This document shows positions 1-9,589 of a DNA stretch of 64,000 nucleotides, in pieces. Under the pieces are notes generated by a model. The model worked only from the letters and a program-made list of their open reading frames with translations. It was not told where the DNA came from and did not search any database. Made by a program: the position numbers and the translations under genes. This stretch comes from Rhodospirillaceae bacterium (GTDB lineage Bacteria; Pseudomonadota; Alphaproteobacteria; MPNO01; UBA2964). Each line of letters starts with the position of its first letter. The first letter of the stretch is position 1. The DNA lies in contig PBIN01000014.1 of NCBI GenBank assembly GCA_002720855.1, forward strand, positions 393,619 through 457,618. The letters run 5' to 3'.

Positions 1-426
1 GTCATGGCGCGCACCGACGACATTATCAATACCGCCGGGCACCGACTGTCGACGGGCGCCATGGAGGAGGTTCTTGCCGCCCATCCTGATGTCGCGGAGT
101 GCGCTGTTATCGGTGTCGCTGATGAATTAAAGGGCCAGGTACCGCTAGGGTTTTTAGTCTTGAATGCTGGTGTTAATCGACCGAATGGAGAAATAGTCGA
201 TGAGGTCGTGGTTATGGTGCGGGATAATATTGGTCCCGTAGCTTCCTTCAAAATCGCAACTGTGGTCCAACGGCTGCCAAAGACCCGATCAGGTAAAGTT
301 CTTCGCGGAACCATGCAGAAAATTGCCGACAGCGAACCTTATAATATGCCGGCAACTATTGATGACCCGGTAATTTTGGAAGAGATCACAGACGCGTTGA
401 AATCGATCGGATACGCCGAATCGTAA
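1..426 (+). CDS. 3' end of an AMP-forming acyl-CoA synthetase (acetyl/propionyl-CoA synthetase family); the 5' part lies outside the window
   Basis: Translation ends ...LPKTRSGKVLRGTMQKIAD..., the conserved C-terminal lysine region of ACS/PrpE-type adenylate-forming enzymes. The frame is open from base 1. Confidence 0.7.
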   Translation, partial: VMARTDDIINTAGHRLSTGAMEEVLAAHPDVAECAVIGVADELKGQVPLGFLVLNAGVNRPNGEIVDEVVVMVRDNIGPVASFKIATVVQRLPKTRSGKVLRGTMQKIADSEPYNMPATIDDPVILEEITDALKSIGYAES

Positions 427-428
427 TT

Positions 429-713
429 TCAGAGAAGAATAGAAGCAGAGTCGATATGCTGGAGTCGGAGCATATCCGCCTGATGGTATGCTTTGGTGGC
501 CTTCGCCGCTGATACCGGCGTTTTGTCATTCATTTCTATGCTTCCGACTATTGACCAATCACCACCATGGTAAGCGCTGTCGAGGGTGGCAGGAGCAGTG
601 GCAGGAACCGGTTGAACCTCAAACCTTCCTTCTTCGATTCTAGGCTTGTTTGAGTTCTCTAATTTAGCCGTGATCTCGCTCTGGACACTATAAGGTGTTG
701 TGATAACTCTCAA
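429..713 (-). CDS. hypothetical protein, 94 aa, TTG start
   Basis: ORF on the minus strand. The start is TTG, preceded by AGGAAAGG 5-6 nt upstream. It lies convergent with the acyl-CoA synthetase gene. I recognise no domain. Confidence 0.3.
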   Translation of the reverse strand: MRVITTPYSVQSEITAKLENSNKPRIEEGRFEVQPVPATAPATLDSAYHGGDWSIVGSIEMNDKTPVSAAKATKAYHQADMLRLQHIDSASILL

Positions 714-775
714 AAGGCACCTTTCCTATGGGAGTTTAAATATTTATAGCATTTACATAAATGTCAATAAAAAAA

Positions 776-838
776 TAATTTTCTATTTATTTTTATTAAC
801 CGTAATTAATATTAACTATAAAAATAAATAGAAAATTA
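776..838. repeat. perfect 21-bp inverted repeat with 21-nt spacer, inside a roughly 240-bp region of about 15% GC (720-960)
   Basis: Arm 776-796 (TAATTTTCTATTTATTTTTAT) is the exact reverse complement of arm 818-838. A second 9-bp inverted repeat, AGGTATTTC / GAAATACCT, sits at 862-870 and 925-933. Confidence 0.6.
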
Positions 839-1030
839 AATATATAGTAATATTATTTATTAGGTATTTCGCCAATTATATTTCTTTTGGTTTATGTTTT
901 TTAATTTTTTATTTTAATATTTTAGAAATACCTCGTCAGCTATCCTAGCCCTGAAAGTCATCAGTGGATGACTCTTAGAAGTAGAAGCGGATCTCCATGT
1001 AGGAGATCGAACGAATGCAGGAAGCATGAC

Positions 1031-2761
1031 ATGAGCGACGCATCTACAGAATTAGAACGTCTCCGGGCAGCCATCGCTGCATCCGGCGATGTTGTCTATG
1101 ACTGGGATTTGCCGTCAGACGAGTTCTCGTGGCTCGGTCGTGCCGTTGATTCATTCAATATTTCCGGGCTCCATCAAATTTCGACGGGTGAGCTATTTCA
1201 TCAGCGTTTGCATCCGGAAGACCTTACTTTTCATTTGGAACAAATCTCTTCTCTTTATCAGGGCGGCACGGAATTTGAATGCGAGTTTCGGGTTCGTGAT
1301 TGCAATGGCGAACAACGGTGGTTTCATGATCGCGGCATTGCGGAAATGGGCCCGGACGGAAAGCCGGTTCGATTGCGCGGCACTATGCGGGCCATCAACC
1401 AGCGCAAGGACGAACATGAAAGAACGCAATATCTGGCGAACTATGATGAGTTGACCGGTCACTATAACAGGACGCGGTTGCGAGAGTCGCTTGATCAGGC
1501 CTTGTACTATGGTTCCCGATACAAAGTAGTGGGTGCCTTTCTCGTTATTGGCATCGATAACATCAATATGGTGAACCAGGCTTTCGGCTATGAAGTGGCG
1601 GATGCTGTGATCGTTGCGTTGGGTCACCGTTTGGATCGTTGCCTCCGGGCCTGTGACGTTATTGGCCGGATGGGAGGAGACCGCTTCGGTGTGGTTCTCA
1701 GTAACTGTCCGAGTTCAGAACTTCATGTCGCCGCGGAAAAAATCCTTGAAGCAGCGCGAGACACCGAGGTTGATACACCGGCCGGCCCAATCCATGTCAC
1801 AGTATCCATCGGTGCCGCCTGTTTCCCGGACTCTGCGATGACTGCCACTGATGCGATGACCAAGGCTGATATCGCTTTGCAGAATGCCAAACGAGCCGGG
1901 CGCAACACCTGGTCCGTCTATTGTTATTCGGAGGAACAGCGCGAAGGTCACCGAAAGAACATGGTTATTGCGGAACAGGTCAAACAGGCTCTTCGCGAAG
2001 ACCGTCTTGTACTTTCCTATAAACCCATCGTTAGCACGGAGTCGCATGAACCGGTGGTCCATGAATGTCTGCTCCGGATGATCCAACCCGATGGAGAAAT
2101 CGTTGCTGCTGGTGTCTTTATGCCGGTTGTGGAGGAACTCGGACTCGTTCGGTTGATTGACCGCAGGGTTTTGGACCTCGCAGTAAAAGTGATGGCAGAA
2201 AATCCAGCCGCCCGTCTCGCTATCAACGTTTCTGGGCTGACCGCTGGTGACAAGGCCTGGCTGCGTCATATCGTTGGTTTGCTCCGGAATGAGCGTGACA
2301 TTGCTGAGCGGCTTATTGTTGAAATTACCGAGACGGCGGGTCTTGAAGATGTTGAAGAATGCGCCCGGTTTGTCTCAACACTCCGCAAATTGGGTTGTAA
2401 GGTTGCCCTCGATGACTTTGGCGCAGGCTACACTTCATTCCGGCATCTCAAAATTTTATCGGTCGACATGGTCAAAATCGATGGCTCATTTGTCCGGGAC
2501 TTAGTCCAAAACCCTGCTAATTTAATCTTTATACGATCACTTTTGGATCTCGCGCGGAACTTCAATCTTGAAACGGTTGCCGAATGTGTAGAAACCATGG
2601 AACAGGCTCAGATGCTCAAGGAGGAGGGCGTAAAGCTGTTGCAAGGATGGGCCTTTGGAAAGCCTGAGCTGGAACTTCCGTGGAATGGGGACGAAGATAA
2701 AGTGCCTGAACCAGAACCACTCCAAATCGAGCATCAGCCGGTCCGGCTTATCGCCGGGTAA
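1031..2761 (+). CDS. PAS-GGDEF-EAL signalling protein (c-di-GMP phosphodiesterase with degenerate GGDEF)
   Basis: The RxGGDRF motif (the E of GGDEF replaced by R) is encoded near 1674-1688. The EAL domain has ECL, DDFGAGYTSF and KIDGSFV motifs. The ATG at 1031 is preceded by AGGAAG; the ORF track extends upstream to 968. Confidence 0.85.
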   Translation: MSDASTELERLRAAIAASGDVVYDWDLPSDEFSWLGRAVDSFNISGLHQISTGELFHQRLHPEDLTFHLEQISSLYQGGTEFECEFRVRDCNGEQRWFHDRGIAEMGPDGKPVRLRGTMRAINQRKDEHERTQYLANYDELTGHYNRTRLRESLDQALYYGSRYKVVGAFLVIGIDNINMVNQAFGYEVADAVIVALGHRLDRCLRACDVIGRMGGDRFGVVLSNCPSSELHVAAEKILEAARDTEVDTPAGPIHVTVSIGAACFPDSAMTATDAMTKADIALQNAKRAGRNTWSVYCYSEEQREGHRKNMVIAEQVKQALREDRLVLSYKPIVSTESHEPVVHECLLRMIQPDGEIVAAGVFMPVVEELGLVRLIDRRVLDLAVKVMAENPAARLAINVSGLTAGDKAWLRHIVGLLRNERDIAERLIVEITETAGLEDVEECARFVSTLRKLGCKVALDDFGAGYTSFRHLKILSVDMVKIDGSFVRDLVQNPANLIFIRSLLDLARNFNLETVAECVETMEQAQMLKEEGVKLLQGWAFGKPELELPWNGDEDKVPEPEPLQIEHQPVRLIAG

Positions 2762-2856
2762 CCTTTCTACGAAAATTTCAGAGACCCCATGGCCTGTTGC
2801 GGTTGCCTTCGTTATAAGGTGATCCATATTTCTTGTAGAGGAAACAGGCACTTCCC

Positions 2857-4032
2857 ATGGACGATATTGTAATTGCGAGTGCAGCGCGGACCCCGGTTGG
2901 CACATTTAACGGTGCGTTTGCCGATGTATCTGCATCCGAGCTTGGTACCGTTGCAATTTCGGCGGCTCTTGAACGCGCTGGCGTTGCGCCGGAAGAGGTA
3001 TCCGAAGTTATCATGGGTCAGATATTAACCGCCGGTGCAGGACAAAATCCCGCGCGTCAGGCTGCTATCGGGGCGGATTTGCCCGTTGAAGTACCGGCTT
3101 ATGGCGTGAATCAGCTCTGCGGATCAGGTCTTAAAACAGTGGCACTGGGCTTTCAGGCGATAAGGAGCGGTGACGCCTCTGTCGTTGTCGCCGGGGGTCA
3201 AGAAAGCATGACACAGGCACCCCACTGCATGCATTTACGCGGCGGCAAAAAAATGGGCGATGCAGAGATGGTCGATACCATGATCCGCGATGGGCTTTGG
3301 GATGCCTTCAATGGCTACCATATGGGTTGCACGGCCGAGAATATTGCAAATCAGTGGCAAATCAGCCGCGAGCAGCAAGACGCTTTTGCGGCGCAGTCGC
3401 AGCAGCGCGCCGAGGCGGCACAGGCCGATGGCAGGTTTAAGGACGAAATCACTCCTGTGACAATTAAGACCCGTAAAGGTGAAACAGTCATTGATCAGGA
3501 CGAATATCCCCGCGCAGGTGTAACGGCAGAGTCGCTTGCGGGACTGCGGCCGGCATTTGCCAAAGATGGTACTGTTACGGCTGGCAACGCGTCAGGAATC
3601 AATGATGGCGCTGCCGCGCTGGTTCTCATGACGGCCGATGAGGCAAAGGGGCGTGGTATCGAACCGCGATCTCGGATTGTCTCTTGGGCGCAAGCCGGTG
3701 TAGACCCTGCAATCATGGGAACGGGACCCATCCCCGCTAGTCGTGCTGCATTGGATAAGGCGGGCTGGACAGTTGATGATCTCGACCTCATCGAGGCGAA
3801 TGAAGCTTTTGCAGCGCAATCTCTCGCCGTGGGCAAAGACCTCGGTTGGGACGAAGAAAAGCTAAACGTCAATGGCGGGGCGATTGCCATCGGCCATCCT
3901 GTCGGGGCTTCAGGCGCTCGCGTTTTAACAACCCTACTCTACGAAATGGAAAAGCGTGACGCTGCAAAAGGTCTCGCAACACTTTGCATCGGTGGCGGCA
4001 TGGGAATCGCCATGTGTGTTGCCCGCGACTGA
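2857..4032 (+). CDS. phaA: acetyl-CoA C-acetyltransferase (thiolase II)
   Basis: N-terminus [21 protein letters not shown]... with the NQLCGSG active-site Cys region and the C-terminal GGGMGIAM motif, typical of biosynthetic thiolases. Confidence 0.9.
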   Translation: MDDIVIASAARTPVGTFNGAFADVSASELGTVAISAALERAGVAPEEVSEVIMGQILTAGAGQNPARQAAIGADLPVEVPAYGVNQLCGSGLKTVALGFQAIRSGDASVVVAGGQESMTQAPHCMHLRGGKKMGDAEMVDTMIRDGLWDAFNGYHMGCTAENIANQWQISREQQDAFAAQSQQRAEAAQADGRFKDEITPVTIKTRKGETVIDQDEYPRAGVTAESLAGLRPAFAKDGTVTAGNASGINDGAAALVLMTADEAKGRGIEPRSRIVSWAQAGVDPAIMGTGPIPASRAALDKAGWTVDDLDLIEANEAFAAQSLAVGKDLGWDEEKLNVNGGAIAIGHPVGASGARVLTTLLYEMEKRDAAKGLATLCIGGGMGIAMCVARD

Positions 4033-4043
4033 GCCGGTGCCGA

Positions 4044-4075
4044 TTTCTGAAACTTTGGTCAGAAATTATCTTTTC
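4044..4075. terminator. candidate bidirectional intrinsic terminator between convergent phaA and gloB
   Basis: Hairpin TTCTGA-AACTTTGG-TCAGAA followed by TTATCTTTTC. The gloB stop codon lies inside the stem. Confidence 0.35.
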
Positions 4076-4829
4076 GGGTACGAACTTCGCTGAACACTTC
4101 AAGCGGGCTACCGGATGGCAGGCCAACCGCTTCTGCAACAGATGAAACATCCGCCCTGAGAAACGGGTTGGTTTCCTTTTCGAGACCTAAGAGTGAAGGT
4201 ACCGTCCGTTTGTTCTCGGCGCGCAAGGCGTCGATCTCGGCGGCCCGGTCAATAAGCGCCTGATTCTCGGTCTCGATAGTAATGGCGAATTTCGCATTGG
4301 CTTGAGTATATTCGTGGGCACAATAAACCATCGTATCATCCGGTAGGGCACGAAGCTTTCCGAGTGAATCCCACATCTGCTCAAAAGTTCCTTCGAATAC
4401 CCGGCCGCAACCGAGGGCGAAAAGCGTGTCGCCGCAGAACAACGCTTTACTTTCTTCAAACCAGTAGGCGATGTGACCCCGCGTATGTCCCGGCGTGTCA
4501 TAGACTCTGGCAACGGCATCGCCAAAGGCGTATGTGTCGCCATCGCCGACATCGATATCTATTCCCGCGATCCGGTCGTGATCTGCAAGCGGGCCCACTA
4601 CGACACAGCCGTATTTTTCTTTGATTTCCAGATTGCCGCCCGTGTGGTCATTGTGATGGTGTGTATTGATTATATGTGTTGGCTCCCAACCGAGCCGATC
4701 AAGTGCTTCCAATACAGGTTCGGCATCCGACGGGTCGATGACTCCGACTTTTCCTTGTCCGGATTCCTTGATGAGATACACATAGTTATCAGTGCGTGTT
4801 GCGATTTGTTCGATTTCGAGCGTAGACAT
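4059..4829 (-). CDS. gloB: hydroxyacylglutathione hydrolase (glyoxalase II)
   Basis: Metallo-beta-lactamase fold with the THHHNDHTGG motif; 256 aa. Confidence 0.85.
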   Translation of the reverse strand: MSTLEIEQIATRTDNYVYLIKESGQGKVGVIDPSDAEPVLEALDRLGWEPTHIINTHHHNDHTGGNLEIKEKYGCVVVGPLADHDRIAGIDIDVGDGDTYAFGDAVARVYDTPGHTRGHIAYWFEESKALFCGDTLFALGCGRVFEGTFEQMWDSLGKLRALPDDTMVYCAHEYTQANAKFAITIETENQALIDRAAEIDALRAENKRTVPSLLGLEKETNPFLRADVSSVAEAVGLPSGSPLEVFSEVRTRKDNF

Positions 4830-4940
4830 TGCGTGTTTCCTCTGCTTGCAGCGTCAATTCCTCTGCAACCTAGCAAAGCGATAGGCACGCGCCAACTGCA
4901 CGCTTCACTATTCGGCGGATTGCTGTGATAAGTTGGTATC

Positions 4941-5690
4941 ATGTGGAATGACGTTGTCGATTTACGCGATTTTTACCGGAGCAATCTGGGGCCTAATGCC
5001 GAATCGCTTATTGGACAGCGTATTCGGCAAATTTGGGACAATACCTCCCAGCAGCGCATCTTGGGGTTAGGCTATGCCACACCCTACTTGTCGCTATTTG
5101 AAGAGGAATCTGAACGCGTAATCGCGGCGATGCCGGCTCGTCAGGGTGTGTTGCATTGGCCAGTGGAAGGGACTGGAAAAGTCACTCTTTGCGAAGAAGC
5201 AGAAATTCCATTGCCTGATGTTTCGGTTGACCGGGTGCTTATGGTCCATGCCCTGGAATGTAGCGAACAATTAAGGCCAATGTTACGTGAGGTGTGGCGC
5301 GTGCTTGCAGATGGCGGCCGTCTCATAGCGGTCGTGCCGAACCGGCGTGGGATTTGGGCACGCATGGACCGGACACCATTTGGACACGGATACCCCTATA
5401 CGCCAGCGCAGCTTAATCGGCTGTTGCGCGATACACTGTTTACGCCAATCCAGACAGAAAGAGCACTCTACATGCCGCCCTCCCAATCCCGTGTGATGCT
5501 GGCGTCTTCGCGCGCATGGGAAGAAGTCGGATCAAGATTATTTCCGACATTCTCCGGAGTTTTGATTGTCGAAGCCGGCAAGCAGATTTACGCCGCGAGT
5601 GCTGATTCAGCGAAAGCCCCCAGGCGACGCCGTTATACTGCGCCGGTCCCTGGAGCGCATCGATCAAATCAGGAAACTACTCCCGGCTAA
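4941..5690 (+). CDS. class I SAM-dependent methyltransferase
   Basis: 249 aa. It sits in the conserved alphaproteobacterial position next to gloB. A Rossmann-like methyltransferase signature (VLMVHALE...ADGGRLIAVVPN) is present. Confidence 0.55.
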   Translation: MWNDVVDLRDFYRSNLGPNAESLIGQRIRQIWDNTSQQRILGLGYATPYLSLFEEESERVIAAMPARQGVLHWPVEGTGKVTLCEEAEIPLPDVSVDRVLMVHALECSEQLRPMLREVWRVLADGGRLIAVVPNRRGIWARMDRTPFGHGYPYTPAQLNRLLRDTLFTPIQTERALYMPPSQSRVMLASSRAWEEVGSRLFPTFSGVLIVEAGKQIYAASADSAKAPRRRRYTAPVPGAHRSNQETTPG

Positions 5691-6303
5691 GCAGGAAGAT
5701 CGCCTGTTCACCTTTAAGGTTGGCGATCCGGCTCCCCGTTTTGATTTGTCGCACGCGATTGTGGCGATCAATGGATAGGCCGTTTTCGATTGTGAGTCCC
5801 AAAGTCTCGCAGAGATCGACGAAATCGAGGACTGTACAAAGATGAATGTCGGGGCTGTCGTGCCAGCCGAATTTGTTGCCGGCGGGTACGGGAACCCGGC
5901 CATTGACCAATAATGAAAGTCTCGTCCGCCAATGTCCAAAATTGACGAAAGAAACCACCGCATGTTGCCCTATACGGACTAATGTTTCCAAAACGTCCTT
6001 TGGGTTTCGTGTTGCCTGCAAGGTCTGGCCAAGGACGACATAGTCGAATGCGTTGGTAGGGTAATCCGCGAGATCAGTATCCGCGTCGCCCTGGATAACC
6101 GAGAGACCAAGCGCAACGCATGCGTTCACGCCTTCCTGGCTCAACTCGATACCGCGTGCATCAACATTTTTTTCCTCGGCCAAATATGCGAGCAACGCGC
6201 CGTCGCCACAGCCAACGTCCAACACACGGCTGTCTGGCGTGATCATGTCGCTAATGAGCTGTTGGTCTGGCCTTAGCGGTCCGGCTGCAGGAAGCGGATT
6301 CAT
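5677..6303 (-). CDS. metW: methionine biosynthesis protein MetW
   Basis: [15 protein letters not shown] methyltransferase-like fold. There is a 4-nt overlap with upstream metX. The gene is convergent with, and overlaps by 14 nt, the preceding methyltransferase gene. Confidence 0.85.
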   Translation of the reverse strand: MNPLPAAGPLRPDQQLISDMITPDSRVLDVGCGDGALLAYLAEEKNVDARGIELSQEGVNACVALGLSVIQGDADTDLADYPTNAFDYVVLGQTLQATRNPKDVLETLVRIGQHAVVSFVNFGHWRTRLSLLVNGRVPVPAGNKFGWHDSPDIHLCTVLDFVDLCETLGLTIENGLSIDRHNRVRQIKTGSRIANLKGEQAIFLLSRE

Positions 6304-7469
6304 ATCGAAATCCCGCTATTTCGGACAGCGCCGTCGAGAAAGCCGGACAGGGTTTTGTGAAGAACCGGTTCATCGAGCAAAAAGGCGTCATGGCCTTTAT
6401 CAGTTTGCACTTCCAGAAAACTCACATTCGCAGCAACAGCGTTGAGCGCGTGAACAACGGTACGGCTTTCAATGGTCGGATAGAGCCAGTCACTGGAAAA
6501 AGAAACCACACAAAAGCGAACATTTGTGTCTCGAAAGGCATCAGCCAAAACACCATTATGCTCGGCGGCCATATCGAAATAATCCATAGCACGCGTGATG
6601 TAGAGATAGGAGTTTGCGTCGAACCGTTCAACAAAGGTGCTTCCCTGATGCCGCAAATAGGATTCAACTTCAAAATCGGCATCAAATCCGTAAGAAATTT
6701 TTTCCCGCTCCTGCAGGCGTCGACCAAACTTGCGATGCAAGGCCGTTTCAGACAAATAGGTTATGTGCGCTTCCATACGGGCTACAGCGAGGCCCCGGCG
6801 GGGCCGTTTATTTTCTGTGATGTAATTGCCCTGGCACCAATCCGGATCCGCCATAATTGCCTGACGGCCAACTTCGTGAAAAGCAATGTTTTGTGCGGAA
6901 TGCCTCGGCGCACCCGCAATCGGCACTGCCGAATAAAGACTGTCACCGTATTTGGACGCCCACTCTAGGACCTGCATGGCGCCCATCGATCCACCAATGA
7001 CGCAGAATAGCTTTTCAATTCCGAGGTGGTCGATCAGCATCTTTTGGGCCCGCACTATGTCTCCGATTGTGATGACTGGGAATTCGGGGCCATATGGCTC
7101 GCCAGTTTTGGGGTCAATGGAACTGGGGCCGGTAGTTCCCATGCAGCCACCAAGAACATTTGAACAAATTACAAAATATCGGTCTGTGTCGATTACCTGG
7201 CCGGGGCCAATCATCAGATCCCACCAACCGTCTTTTTGGGTGACAGGATGTTTTTCTGCGGGGTATTGATCGCCTGTCAGAGCGTGGCAAACCAGAATGG
7301 CATTTGATTTGTCAGCATTGAGATTGCCATAAGTTTGGTATGCGATCATGAAAGGACCAAGTTCAGCGCCGGAATCAAGGCGCAAAGGCCCGTCGGTTCC
7401 CAGTTCAACCTGGTAACCGGGCAATTCTCCATTTGCAATCAGGCTCATCGATTGGGTCGAATCTGCCAT
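6300..7469 (-). CDS. metX: homoserine O-acetyltransferase
   Basis: Alpha/beta hydrolase with the [12 protein letters not shown] nucleophile elbow. It is immediately followed by metW. Confidence 0.9.
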   Translation of the reverse strand: MADSTQSMSLIANGELPGYQVELGTDGPLRLDSGAELGPFMIAYQTYGNLNADKSNAILVCHALTGDQYPAEKHPVTQKDGWWDLMIGPGQVIDTDRYFVICSNVLGGCMGTTGPSSIDPKTGEPYGPEFPVITIGDIVRAQKMLIDHLGIEKLFCVIGGSMGAMQVLEWASKYGDSLYSAVPIAGAPRHSAQNIAFHEVGRQAIMADPDWCQGNYITENKRPRRGLAVARMEAHITYLSETALHRKFGRRLQEREKISYGFDADFEVESYLRHQGSTFVERFDANSYLYITRAMDYFDMAAEHNGVLADAFRDTNVRFCVVSFSSDWLYPTIESRTVVHALNAVAANVSFLEVQTDKGHDAFLLDEPVLHKTLSGFLDGAVRNSGISI

Positions 7470-7632
7470 TTCAACATTGGTTCCTGATGACTACTGCCAA
7501 AATTTCCATGATAGCTATGTCGAAGTGGGAAAATTATCAATGTTTTCTTTGCTTTTGGTTGTGGCCTTGGCGCGCTATAAACGCGCGGCTCAGCCCTGTA
7601 TCGGGGGTAGATTATAGAATTTTGAGGCTTTT

Positions 7633-8496
7633 ATGAGCACGGACAGCAACAATTTGGACGACCTCCGAAGCGAGATCGATACCATTGATGAAGCGCTGCA
7701 TGATTTGATCATGCGGCGAGCCGAAGTTGTCGCGCGCATAAAGGATGCCAAGGCAGATGAAAGCGGCAGCGTCTTTCGTCCAGGCCGGGAAGCAGAGGTT
7801 CTGCGCCGACTGGTCGATCGTCATAGCGGTCCTTTAGCCTCTGCGGTAATCGTGCGGGTTTGGCGAGAGCTCATGTCCGCCTTTGTCGCTATGCAAGGTG
7901 AGTTTTCGATTGCCGTTTGGGATGGTGAAGATCCGGCCTACTGGGATATCGCCCGCGATCAATTCGGATCACAGACACCATTATCCAGGCATGCGACGAC
8001 ACGCGGTGTTCTGCAGGCGGTTGCCGACGGTGCGGCGACGGCAGGCGTTTTGCCCATGCCGCAGATTGATGAAGCTGATCCCTGGTGGCCCTTGCTCGGC
8101 AGTGAAGTGGGCGGTCGGCAAGTGCGTATTTGTGCGCGATTACCGTTTGTAACAGGAGGAAACAGACGCGGTGCACCCGCGGAAGCCCTACTGGTTGCGG
8201 ATATGGCGCCAGTAGAAACGGGGGAAGATCGAAGTTTTCTTATAGTAGAATGTGAAGAGCCGATCAGCCGTTCACGATTAACCGGCTCGTTATCTACTGC
8301 CGGCTTGCCGCCGTCAGCTCTGGTTACCCTCCCCAAATCCGGCGTGACGGCGGGACGTGAGATTTTTTTGATTGAAGTCGAGGGCTTTGTGGCAACCGAA
8401 GATGATCGTGTGACCAAGTTTCTTGAAGACAATACCGATTTCTCAATCGCACGGGCCGTCGGCAGTTATGCCGTACCTTTGACCGCAGAGACATAA
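7633..8496 (+). CDS. chorismate mutase family protein (N-terminal AroQ domain with a roughly 190-aa C-terminal domain of unclear function)
   Basis: N-terminus LRSEIDTIDEALHDLIMRRAEVVARI is AroQ-like. The gene is in the conserved position upstream of hisC and tyrC. GAGG lies 8 nt upstream of the ATG. Confidence 0.65.
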   Translation: MSTDSNNLDDLRSEIDTIDEALHDLIMRRAEVVARIKDAKADESGSVFRPGREAEVLRRLVDRHSGPLASAVIVRVWRELMSAFVAMQGEFSIAVWDGEDPAYWDIARDQFGSQTPLSRHATTRGVLQAVADGAATAGVLPMPQIDEADPWWPLLGSEVGGRQVRICARLPFVTGGNRRGAPAEALLVADMAPVETGEDRSFLIVECEEPISRSRLTGSLSTAGLPPSALVTLPKSGVTAGREIFLIEVEGFVATEDDRVTKFLEDNTDFSIARAVGSYAVPLTAET

Positions 8497-8497
8497 G

Positions 8498-9583
8498 ATG
8501 CTCACCCCCCGTCCTGGTATAATGGAGTTAGCACCCTATGTTCCGGGAAAATCCTCGGTGGATGGGCAAATGGCTGCAATGAAACTTTCCGCAAATGAAA
8601 GTGCATTGGGGCCGAGCCCGGCGGCGATGGCGGCTTTTCGTGACTCAGTGGGTTCCCTAAAGATTTATCCAGATGGTAATTCCGTGGAATTGCGGGATGC
8701 CATTGGTTTGGCAAACGGTTTGAACCCTGATCGTATCGTCTGCGGCGCAGGCTCCGATGAGCTCTTGTATAACCTGGCACGTGGCTATGCGGGCCCAGGC
8801 GATGAGATTTTGTTGGGAGAGCACGGATTCAATGTGTATCCCATAGTTGCCCACTGCGTCGGTGCGACGCCGATCAAGGTGCCGGAAACAAACTTGACTT
8901 TCGATGTTGACGCAACTTTGGCGCGGGTTACCGAAAAGACGCGAATTGTTTTTATCGCCAATCCGAATAACCCAACGGGCTCCTATATTCCTGCTGACGA
9001 ACTGGCACGACTTCGGGCTGGGCTGCGCGAAGACATATTATTGGTAATCGATTGTGCCTATGCAGAGTTTGTAACACGAAATGACTACGATATGGGATTA
9101 AGCCTCGTGGATGCTGCGGAGAACACCGTTGTTACGCGCACATTCTCAAAAATTTATGCATTGGCGGCGCTGCGTATTGGTTGGGCGTACTGCCCACCTT
9201 CTATTGCAGATGTGCTCAACAGGCTGCGCGGCCCGTTTAATCTATCTACGGCAGCTCAAGCAGCCGGCAAGGCGGCTGTCCAGGATAGGGAACATCTTGC
9301 AGCAGCGCGTGATCACAATGCGGTTTGGTTGCCGTGGCTACATGATCGTTTGACGGATTGCGGGCTGACGGTATTCCCGAGTGCAGCTAATTTTCTATTG
9401 GTGCGGTTTCGCGATGACGCGTCACATAATTCGCAGGCAGCGATGGCGTACTATGGGTCGAAAGGAATAATTCCACGCGAAACGGGTGGATACGGATTGC
9501 CCGACTGCCTTCGGGTGACTATCGGCCGGGAAAATGAAATGCGGGCGTTTACCGATGCCACAAAAGAATTTATGGCGACGTAG
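8498..9583 (+). CDS. hisC: histidinol-phosphate / aromatic aminotransferase
   Basis: Class I/II aminotransferase with the PLP lysine in TFSKIYALAALRIGW. The start lies 1 nt after the upstream stop. Confidence 0.85.
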   Translation: MLTPRPGIMELAPYVPGKSSVDGQMAAMKLSANESALGPSPAAMAAFRDSVGSLKIYPDGNSVELRDAIGLANGLNPDRIVCGAGSDELLYNLARGYAGPGDEILLGEHGFNVYPIVAHCVGATPIKVPETNLTFDVDATLARVTEKTRIVFIANPNNPTGSYIPADELARLRAGLREDILLVIDCAYAEFVTRNDYDMGLSLVDAAENTVVTRTFSKIYALAALRIGWAYCPPSIADVLNRLRGPFNLSTAAQAAGKAAVQDREHLAAARDHNAVWLPWLHDRLTDCGLTVFPSAANFLLVRFRDDASHNSQAAMAYYGSKGIIPRETGGYGLPDCLRVTIGRENEMRAFTDATKEFMAT

Positions 9584-9589
9584 GGAATT

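Noticed and set aside
720-960. CRISPR array or replication origin.
   Set aside because: The repeats are inverted, not spacer-interleaved direct repeats. There are no cas genes, no DnaA-box clusters and no hemE/parAB context.
1674-1688. Active diguanylate cyclase.
   Set aside because: The signature is GGDRF, not GG(D/E)EF. The catalytic glutamate is replaced.
1089-2504. Several 60-185-aa ORFs on both strands inside the GGDEF-EAL gene. Similar shadow ORFs occur inside thiolase, nrdJ, the TIGR02302 gene, argH, the CoxL-like gene and the UbiD genes.
   Set aside because: They are fully nested in, or antisense to, long ORFs with clear conserved motifs. They are typical shadow ORFs.
7470-7632. SAM-II riboswitch upstream of metX.
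   Set aside because: Only a weak AAAGCAAAGAAAA stretch is present. The conserved pseudoknot elements are not recognisable by eye. This needs an Infernal scan.
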